From Chlorokybus atmophyticus (Eukaryota; Plantae; Mesostigma and Chlorokybus algae), in assembly GCA_009103225.1 (NCBI GenBank), contig RHPI01000249.1:310006-374005 (forward strand): a DNA stretch of 64,000 nucleotides, given 5' to 3'. Position 1 is the stretch's first letter, and every line of letters starts with the position of its first letter. Shown in pieces: positions 25,900 through 35,814 of this stretch. The notes under the pieces are model-generated. The model saw nothing but the letters and a program-made list of their open reading frames with translations. It searched no databases and was not told where the DNA came from. A program made the translations under genes and the position numbers.

Positions 25900-28800
25900 G
25901 AAAGCACAGAGGTCTCAAGCAGGTCTTCCAATTGAACCTTGTAGTGCATGGCAACCCCGCGATCAACCACCTTGTTGAACAGATGTGAAACATGCGCACA
26001 GACGCTTGCCCAGAATATGTCATCAACACTACAATACAGAGAGCCACTGGCACAAATGAATATGCCTACAACCTCCATCGACAACGCTGCTAGCAAGCGT
26101 GTTACGATCACAAGCAAACCTTTGCTTTGGTCAACGCACGAAGAAAAGCCACGATTGTAATCGCCTGACTGCCAATACGGGACAAGAAAATTCAAGGACT
26201 CCGAGGGAGCTGTAGTGTATGCAATGTTGCAGCACTGACGCTGACGCTTTGCAAGGGGAGGCCCAAGCGCCCATGGAGGCTCAGTGAACCACGACATGGC
26301 CGCGGTTGCGCCACATTCAACCCGCTCCTTGGCTAATCTGAAGGTTCAAATCTGCCCCCCCCCCTCCCCCCGCCCGCCTCCCGGTTGCTGCTGCTGTGGT
26401 TGACATGACAGCTGTCACGGATAGTCATTAAGGAAGTCAGAGCAGCAGCACTAACTTGACAGCAAGCCCAAATGCAGGCCGAACCGGACGCCAAGACAAT
26501 CATCCCGCGGCGTAGCACATCACGGCTTGTGCGAGCATACCGGTAGGCTCGTTGTGCAGTTGATACTTGACCTGTCCATGCATGTAATGCGCTTCGCCGG
26601 CGATGCATAACATGACTCGCATCAACCATGTCTGCCATCACGTGAGTAGGTAGTCACCTGCACGTGTCATCTAGCATACGGAGGCCAGTACAAGCAACAA
26701 TCTTTTTGCTCCTACAGAGATAGAGTCTCGAAGATTTGCCATGGTTACAACGACGGTAGTCAGCCAGCAAGGGGACCCCTGCAGCAAGATCAGTGTGCTG
26801 GTCAAGGAGTGATGATGCCCACCATGTACAACTACGGAGCCAGTTGCGCGTTGACAAGCATTGCGGGTGATACCTTATGAGCGGCAGTGGCTTGTTGTCG
26901 AGGAGTGGCATGAACGTATGCTTTCAACAACCTTCCCAACAGCAGCATTGGCATCGCACTGGACATGAGCACTGGCCCAAGCCAGTGCTCATGTCCAACG
27001 GCATCAGCAACCTGCGTGTACTACAGTGTTAGTCTCTCCTCAGCCAAAGTGTACCTAGCCATCAATATGCACATGACAACAACATGCATGAGACCAGCGG
27101 TACGTACACTGAGGCATGTTTGAGCTGGTGGTGCACCTGCCGCTTGCAAAGCAGCATCATGAGAAAGGTGATCGTCGTATCCAGCCATGCAACTGCACAG
27201 CTGAACCACTCTTGCTGATCTTCTTCTCGGCCATTTGAACGCAGCGCATAGTGCCGTAACTCCGCACAACTTGCCAGCGAATTGCGTGTGTGTGCGCGTG
27301 CCTGCGCCCACTATAAGGGTGAATGCAACAGCGTAGTGACAAGAGCTTCACAACAATACAACTCAGCACAAAAGATGAATGGCTGCCTCGGGTGATGTTG
27401 GTGCTGTTGCACCATGCGTAACTCGGGGGCCAACATCCGCATTGCGCTTGAATTGAAGCAGCATAATGTATGCCTGGTTGCTGTCGTCAAGCTGACTGCT
27501 ACGTCAAAGCTGTGTGCATTGAGTCCTCAACACAACAGTCATGTATACATAGCTGCGTGAGTGTGTGAACCAATCAGGCGAACAACACCACTGACCCACA
27601 ACGTTGGCAGTTCTCAAGCACAACTGACCACCAACAACGACAACCATCCCACTTTCAAGTATCATACAACACAAAGCACCTGAAGCGTTGACTCTGTTTC
27701 TCTTGCACAAAGTCCCACTGACTGTGCAGCGGTGAACAAGCAGCACGTCACAGCAGAAGCTTGGGTATCTCCAGGCATGGACAGTGCAGAGTGGCAGAAT
27801 CTTGCTTACTCAACTTGCGGTATAGATCCCAGACGCAGAGTGATAAGCTCTCAACAACACCACACAGCAGCCACCGTCCTGACGCTGGCGTAGCTTAGCC
27901 GAGCCCCTGGTTGGCCTGGCTCAATGGCCAGTTAAGTGGAAACCAGACAGCTGGCCTGCTTTCCCCTCCCCGGCTGGCCTGGTGGTCGCACGGTATGCTC
28001 CATGATCACGGCAGGCAAGCGCGGCAACTCGTGCTTCTGCTGTGCACAATCGCATGCTTGCCTAACAGCGACCCTCTATCTCAGCAAGCAACGACGACAT
28101 CACCAGCGAGGTGCCGGAGACTGCAGACTATGCCTCCTCCGCCGCCGCCACCGTCAACGCCGCCTGCTTCGCCAAGCTCAGGATATGCACGCCCACACAG
28201 CTTAGCGTACGCTCACTTGACTCGAGTTGAGCAGCTGCCGGTGCTGTACGCTATCACTGCATGCAGCTGATGCGTGCTGGTGGAGCACCTGTGGACCTTG
28301 TTGTAGATTGCACCGTCAAGTTGCACGCTTTGCTGTGTTGCTTCAAAGAGTCATCGCAGGCTCCAAACCAGTGGCAGCTGCTGGTGCTTGCTGGTACCAC
28401 TGAAGCTACCAGGTACACTGCCTCGTACAGACTGAGCGCACATGCCTTGGCCTGGACTCTGGGAGGCGTTGATAGTGAGATTGATCAGCCTGTGGCCTGC
28501 ACATGCGTGCCTATCTTTGGTGCGTGGGTGGGGGTGGGGGTGGGGGGAGAGATTGCTGAGCGTGCTCTTGCATGTCTGCGAGTATACGGATGCTGAGGTC
28601 AACATCCGCTTGCACAAGAAGCACTGCCAGATATATTCTCTTGCTCTGTAGGTACAGCACGTTTGGCAAGTGTGGCACATAAGAGCTCATGCATTGACAG
28701 CTGACGTACTCCACATGTATGCGCGCACATACGTAATTGTCCACCACGTTGTGCTGTTGTTGGGTGGGCTATTGAAGCTGGCTCACCAGGCGGGCATGAC

Positions 28801-29470
28801 GACCAACTACGGGGATCTGCTGGGAGACAAGCAGCAGCTGCATGGGATGCTGCTGAGGAGCTACGCGCAGAACTCACCCTCCACAATCAGCGCCTCACCA
28901 TCAATTGCGCAGCACTCTACGGGCTTGAGGTATAGTACCCCATGCTAACACGTGCGCGCGTGCTAGCGCGAGCGCAAAACTGAGCATGTGCGTGTGCTCA
29001 CGCCTGTATGTATATATGTATGCATATGTGCATATGTGCAAACACTTGGCTGAGTGTTGGTGTGCACAAAAGATGGTATGCTAGAGTATATGTAGGAGCT
29101 CGGAGTTGTGCGCTCGCCTATAACCAGGAGAGACCATATGGCTAGCTATCACAGGTTTCTAACACACCGTACTAGACTATTAACCACCTTCCGGAGGTGT
29201 TTTGGGATTGCTATTGCAAGGCGTCCATCCTCATCATCTTTGAAGGCTTGTAAATCAATGGTTGCATCAAACAAACTGTCCGTCTCACATGGGGTTGGAT
29301 ACCAATGATAGCGCTGTGCAGTGCGTTAACGTCCGAAATCCAGTGATGCAAATTGTATATCATACTTCCAGGTTGAGCGGTATGTGCTGAAGGAGCGCGA
29401 GGCCACTTTGAGACACCATAAGCTCGACATTCGCAACACATTAATAGAAGCTGGTGGCCTGACCACCAGC
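25900..29470 (+). pseudogene. F-box/LRR-like pseudogene (cassette copy A), divergent from BTB copy 3; boundaries approximate
   Basis: Homologous to 31.8-34.3 kb. Codon-position bias on the + strand: GISNLRVL at 27000-27023 versus 32699-32722 has 4 synonymous and 0 non-synonymous changes. LRR-like LxxLxL motifs; + strand splice signals at about 28790-28930 and 29371. Family assignment is tentative. Confidence 0.5.
26960..26997. repeat. Perfect 17-bp inverted repeat with 4-nt loop
   Basis: TGGACATGAGCACTGGC-CCAA-GCCAGTGCTCATGTCCA. Confidence 0.95.
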
Positions 29471-29657
29471 ATGATACTTATGTTGCCATTGGTTAAGTTA
29501 TCAATCTCAAAATCAAAGACAAAACCTGCGCAAGATGAGCGAGAGTTGTATGCGTGTTGGGTGCAATGCCTTATTGCAATCTACATACACATGCGCGAGC
29601 ACACACGCACGCGCGCAGCAACGCACACACGCACACGCACAGACACACATGTGTACC

Positions 29658-31571
29658 TTAAATGATGCGCGGGGAAAGTATGTACAATGGCACGCCGGTT
29701 GTTTTCCTGTCCACCCTGCAGCAATCGTTCTCACTCGCACGGTTGCGCGGGTCAGGACGAGGGGACACAACCGCCTCAGATCTGCCCATGGTTCTCAACC
29801 GTTTCTCATTCTCATTCATCTTTGATGATGTCTGGCGTGAAAAGGTATGGTGCAATGAAGAGTCAACCGCGGCATGTATTACATTCTCATGCACGCGCAT
29901 TAGACTCGAGAACGCCACAATCTGTTCCAGGTATGCTACGGACATGAGCGGGAAGCAAATGGTACCCCCGACTTTGCAAAGGCATCACGCGCTTCTTCAC
30001 ACACACGTGTGTCCAATGAAGCGTGCGCGCTGTGCACCCACAAGCACACAAGACAAAATGCCGACTCTTCATCCCCCGCAATTGTCCTGCTCTCCAACAG
30101 TTTGCGGATGACCTAACCCAAGCAAGCAAAACAGCAAAACAACATACTTTGTGGTGTGGCATGTGGCATGCGCATTAGCAATGGCATGTCTGCTGTCATG
30201 GCAGTACTCACTGAAAGCTTGAACTTCATCAGGCCTCGTTAAGACACAGGAATTTTGTCAATGCTGCGAACTTGTACTTCCTCAGCACTTCCACGACACC
30301 TTCCTGCAAGTGGCCAGGAACCTTGCTCATGCCTTGCGTGTGACCAAAAGCTGACCTTGAATGCACACGCGCACATGCACGCACTCGCACACATACCTGA
30401 AGTTCGACTACAGCCGCATGCATGAGCAGCAGATGCTCTGGCAAGTCGAGCAATCGGAAGCACGTGTCGAGTTGTCCCGCCGCGCTGCGCCCATCAGTTT
30501 TGGCAGGCAGCAAGCGCATCGTACAATGTGCCACGCACGATTCCACTGCATACTTGTTGGCCACACACAGCAGCTGCAAGAGCTCTGCCTCCGTGCGTGC
30601 AGTGGACCCGCAGCCCTGCGTGTAGATGAAGTGCAGCAACTGCTGGAAGGGCAGCAACTCTGCAACAGCCATAGCAATCTGTAAGTTTGTAGTGGATTGA
30701 TCACACTTCCCTTAGGCTCATGCAAGGTGAGGACGCGTTGCATAAGCCACTCCTACAACTGCGTGCCTATACGCGCACAAGCACAAGTTAGACTCCGCGC
30801 ACCACACAAAGGCCCACAGATGATGTTGCGATAAACAACTTAGGGACTGCGCTGCAACACGCCACTGTGCTTAGAGACTATTTGTTGTGTGCAGCATTGC
30901 TTGTGATTGGCAGCGCTCACCATCGTGACACAGCGTCACATGAATGGGCGCTGTTCGCATGTTGTGCGTCGCGGATTCTGCCATGCCGCTCTCAAACATC
31001 TTCCGAAAGTCAACGGACCTCGCAGCCAGGATGGGCGTGCTGAGGTGGAGCTTGAGCGGGCCACAGGCTCTGCATCGCATCAACGTTAGCCTGTCCTGGC
31101 AGCCATGTATGCAGCCTACTACTGCCACTGCACTCCACTCAATCGCGCCGCAGTTGAACGAAGGGGTTGAGCAAATACAAGCCAGAACGCGGTTATATTT
31201 TTGCATGCGTGCGTGCACGTATATGCATGCACGTGCATGCACGTGCATGCGTGTGTGCATGCATGTGCATGTGTGTGCGCGCACATGCATGTGTGCTCGA
31301 GTGTTTGCACGCGCATATCTCTGTGCTGTGTGCATTCACAACGCACGACAGCCGACTCATTCGTGTAAGCAAGTTAGCAAATTAGTGTTCACCATACCTG
31401 AGGTGCTCGGGCCATGCGTTACTCAACACGGATGTGAACAACGCAGTCAGATTACAAGGGATTGTCAAAGGCGAAGTCCAACCCGCAGTCGTCATTGTGC
31501 GGGGACTGGGATGCATGCAGCTCCAAGCAGTATATATAGCGTTGCTCTGGTGGCTGTTCTGAAGACGCCAT
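29658..31571 (-). pseudogene. LRB-like BTB-BACK pseudogene, copy 4 (3' exon missing)
   Basis: MASSEQ...DDCGLDFAFDNPL*SDCVVHI (TAA replaces Tyr); LHLSTPILAARSVDFRKMFESGMAES; PFQQLLHFIYTQG...VANKYAVESC; LLESRTIAGDEE...ICFPLMSVAYLEQ; ends YILSPRII. Confidence 0.9.
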
Positions 31572-31775
31572 GTCCCCAGGGAACGGACTTTGCTACCTTG
31601 ACACTGGAGTTGAACGTTTATGCAGTTGAGGTTGTAACAAGCAGCCTGAGGTGCGTAGCAAGTGCGGTGGACCATTGGCAAGCATTCTATGGGGGACGAA
31701 CGCTCAGCCTTGCATGCATGCGCTGACGCAATGCCTCTTTTGATCTGGCCGCTTCACCTGCCAGCCTAGTGTGGT

Positions 31776-34336
31776 ATGGTGTTGCACTCTCCAAGCCCCC
31801 TCCTCCTCCTCACCGTCAGCAGCCCAATCACCTGCCTGGTGTGAACTGGCTTGGCTTGGCTCCCTACGACGTGTTGCGAGCTAAGCTGCAGTACACGAAA
31901 GCTTACAGCTGCCACCTTCCGTCGATGCAGCTCAACATTACTGTATGATCTGCCTTGAGCGTAACTCAGTCTCATGCTGTGTATAGCGATGCTGCCTGCT
32001 GCCTCTAGGCTACCCTGTGGGTGACAGCTGTCATGGGTAGTTGAAGTCAATAGCGGGTGCGGCACATCATGTGATGATCACGTTAGACGGCTTGATGTCG
32101 CTCACAGGCGCCTTGTGCCAGGCATCATCTGCATGCGATGCGTTCCAGCGGCGACGCATCACATGGCTTACATGAATGTATGTTACATCAGTCGTGTACA
32201 CGATGCAACACCCATCATCTTGACAAACACGTGCCACTCCATGCACTCAGTTCTAAGTGTGCACATCTCATCAAGAATACAATTGACAAGCACTAGCCCA
32301 GTACAAAGGTCAAGCAATGTGAGTTGTCACCTGAACGGGTGATCTTCACCAACAGCAAGGCCGGTACAAGCAACAAGCATTTTGTCGTCAACTTTGCCAC
32401 GACTGCCATAATGGCGGATAACGAACCAGCAAGGGGACCTCTGCACCAACATTGCAGCATGCTTCTTCATAAGCAATGGTCCTCACCATGCACAGTGACA
32501 GAGCCAGTTGCACGACAGGTTCTACCGTACTACCTGCAATAGTATTGCAGTAACGCAGTTGGCACCCATGTATACATTTGTTCATCTTGGCGGGTGACAC
32601 CTTGCACTTGTTATGTAGTGGCATCAACAAATCTTTCAACTGCAACATCTTGTCCAACACCAGCATTGCCATGGAGAATTGGCTCGGACCAGTGCTCTGG
32701 CATCAGCAATCTGCGAGTGTTAGTCTCTCCTTCATTACAGCTTGCATAGCAATGCGTACGCGCATGCCAACCACATGCAAGAGCAGTTGTAAACGCTGTG
32801 TTTACTGAGGCATGCTTGCTGGTTAAGCACTTGCAGCTTGCACGACAGTAGCATGAGAAGGGTGTAATGTCTTGTCGTATCCAGGCATGCAGCTGAACCA
32901 CTCCTATCAATCTTCTTGGGTCTTCAACTGCACCGCACAGTGCAAGTGTAGCCTCTCACAAGTTTCCAGCATACAGTTGCCAGAGCGCTCTGCTACCAGA
33001 ATCAATCCAGCAATAGGGAGAGCGTGCATGAGACCAGTGCGTTGCAAGCACCTGATATTACTTTGTGTGTCAATGCTGATTGTCAACACGGACAACTATC
33101 CCACACTCAAAGTGTCACCCAACACAAAGCACCTGAGGCTTGGACACCGCTGGTCTCGCACAACGAAAATGTGCAGCGGAGGAGAAGCAGCACATTGCAG
33201 CCAACGAAATGGTTATGGAGAATGAGCAGACTACGCAAGGCAGTAAGCAGCAGGAAACTTGCTTGCTGCGCAAGTCTCTTACAAAACCCAGACGCCGAGT
33301 GACAAGTTCTCGACAACACATACCACACAGCAGCCACCGCCCATACGCTGCTATACTGAAGTCCGGCCCCGGGTTGACCCCGACCCAGTTGTCTGCTTTG
33401 AGAAGCAGGCAGCTTCGTTCTCTTCCAGCTGGCCGGTCTGCAACATGCGCTAACGGCAGGCCAGCGCGGCAACTCCTGTGCTGCTGCAGCTGCTCAGCAC
33501 AATGTCCCTGCTAGCATACCAGCGACCCTCCCTCAGCAGGCGACAACAACGGTGAGACTAACAGACACGCAGACTGTTCCTCCTCCGCCGCCGCCAACGC
33601 CGCCGCTGTGGCAGCTGCGCTAAGATCAGTCTGAACGCCCGTACACAGCTTTGCTACGTATGCTCACTCGAGTTGAGCAACAGCTGCCGTTGCTGTAGGT
33701 TAACACTGCAACAAATCATTGCTAGTGCGGCTATAACACTGGAGAACCTGTTGACAAGTTAACCTTGATGTAACACTTGCACCATCAAGTTGCACGCTTT
33801 CCTGTGCTATATATGGTCATGGCAGGCTTCAAAGTGGCAGCTCAGCGGCTGGCATTTGCTGGTGCTACTGAAGCTGCCAGGTACACCGCCTTGCCTGTAC
33901 AGTTTCTTTGGTGAAGGTGCTCAGCCTGTGGCCTGCTCATGTGTGCAATTGTAAAGGATGCTGAGGTCTTTGCATGCGCTTACACAAGCAGCACTCTGCT
34001 AGAAACATTCTGCTGCTGCTGTGTAGCCACAGCACGATTAGGGGAGGGGTGGGGGGAGAGATTGCTGAGCGTGCTCTTGCATGTCTGCGAGTATACGGAT
34101 GCTGAGGTCAACATCCGCTTGCACAAGAAGCACTGCCAGATATATTCTCTTGCTCTGTAGGTACAGCACGTTTGGCAAGTGTGGCACATAAGAGCTCATG
34201 CATTGACAGCTGACGTACTCCACATGTATGCGCGCACATACGTAATTGTCCACCACGTTGTGCTGTTGTTGGGTGGGCTATTGAAGCTGGCTCACCAGGC
34301 GGGCATGACGACCAACTACGGGGATCTGCTGGGAGA
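31776..34336 (+). pseudogene. F-box/LRR-like pseudogene (cassette copy B), divergent from BTB copy 4
   Basis: ATG at 31776 (MVLHSPSPSSSSPSAAQSPAWCEL; the adjacent frame reads NWLGLAPYDVLRA), loosely resembling an F-box start. Colinear homology with 26.4-28.8 kb; many stops; ends at an N. Confidence 0.45.
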
Positions 34337-34584
34337 NCCCAGTTGAGCGCAGGTAATGTAGTACATACTGCCATCCATACTTAGCATGGCAGCAAGTTGC
34401 TTGCATGCAGCTCGTTTAACAGATACCACGCTAGGCGGGTTCCTTGAAACATGGCATACAGCCATCTATTTCCTTAGTAAGGTGAACAACGTGGAATGCT
34501 GACTGATGAACCTACAGGGGAGTGTATAGACACGCGCGAGATGGTGGCCTGGAAACATTGGAATTAACAAAGAGCTACATACAA

Positions 34585-35305
34585 TCAAAGGTCTTGAGGG
34601 CCGAGGCGGCAGTGCTTGCAGCGCTTCTCCCAGCAGCATGGACTGATGCAGGAGAGCAAGCCACAAGGGAAGCAGAAGAAGGAGCAACACTGCACGCACA
34701 AGGCCAGATTGTTAATTGTGGTTGTTGATGTGCGGTATGCACGGGTAATAATGCCACACTGGAGTTGACACTTACATAAGCGGTGCAGGTAGGCTCCAAG
34801 CGGTATTTGTGGTTGGGGCACACCACAGGCTTGGAGTGGGGGTTGAGGATGGTTGTCTCGCCACCATCAGCATCAATCTTCGTGCGCACTTGCACTGGAG
34901 GCAAGAGGCCACCTTCGCTGTTGAGCACACGATCCACTATCACCTGCTGCTGCATATGCTCATACGCCGGCGGCTCCGCACCTAGCCAATAAACGACAGC
35001 ATTGTTTGCGATAGCACAACAATGTTGTTGTTGGCCAAATGTATTTTGAAGTGAGTATGTCAACGTTGTGCATTTATACTTGCAGTATTAAGCATTACAA
35101 ACAGACATGCGTATTACAGGCACATGTCTCAAGTTTGCCGTCCGGCAGCAACGGCTGAGTCAGAATAATACTAATCACACAGTATGTGTTTGACAAGAAA
35201 CGAGAATAAATGGCGACAAACTGCTAGCCTATACTTACCACGTCCATCCTTGCCGTACTCCAGCGGGTCATTGACAATGGGCGCCGTCGTTGTGGGCTTG
35301 TCCAT
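34585..35305 (-). CDS. BRI3/LITAF-like small Cys-rich membrane protein (3 coding exons)
   Basis: Spliced in frame via GT-AG introns: MDKPTTTAPIVNDPLEYGKDGRGAEPPAYEHM...VVCPNHKYRLEPTCTAYCCSFFCFPCGLLSCISPCCWEKRCKHCRLGPQDL*. It has CxxH, a hydrophobic FP-GLL segment, CxxC and a PPxY motif. Confidence 0.75.
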
Positions 35306-35814
35306 CTGCAAGGCAAACACGCAACCGGCAAGTTGGAAGCGATTCACAGAACACGAACCCTCATCCAAGCTCCCTCCCAGAACGCGGGGCGCAGTTGCTC
35401 CATAGCCCAAGCCCCATGCAAACACATTCACTCACGGGCACACACCTTGCTTCTTGAAGATTCCGCAAGCCACTGAACAGCGCCCTCCTTCCACAACGCG
35501 GAGCTTGGCAGGAAGGCTGAGTCGCTGCACAACACGGCAGCGGCGGCGGCGGCGGGCTGTAACACACCTCAAACTGCCGCGTGGCCAGTATATAGCCGAC
35601 GCACACACACGCCACAGCTGTAAGGCAAAACGTGCGTCATGTGCGCGTTACGCTACGTACCTCAGTCACTCCAATGCTTCGTAACTGAGAGACGCTTTAG
35701 CATTGCACCAGTAGCGAACAATAGTTGCTAACCAATAGCGAGCAAATTTGGCTATGCCTACAGAGAATCGGGTGGAAGCCAAACTCACATTGAGCAGGTG
35801 CTGTGGTTGTCGGG

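Noticed and set aside
28599-28886. Minus-strand RSWSSCPPGEPASIAH as an F-box start (also 34108-34374)
   Set aside because: Synonymous-change patterns and splice signals point to the plus strand as the coding strand of this duplicated gene.
30944-31726. 260-aa plus-strand ORF and the many His/Thr/Arg/Cys-rich ORFs in 15-19 kb
   Set aside because: Antisense to BTB copy 4 or read through intronic alternating purine-pyrimidine repeats, which lack stop codons.
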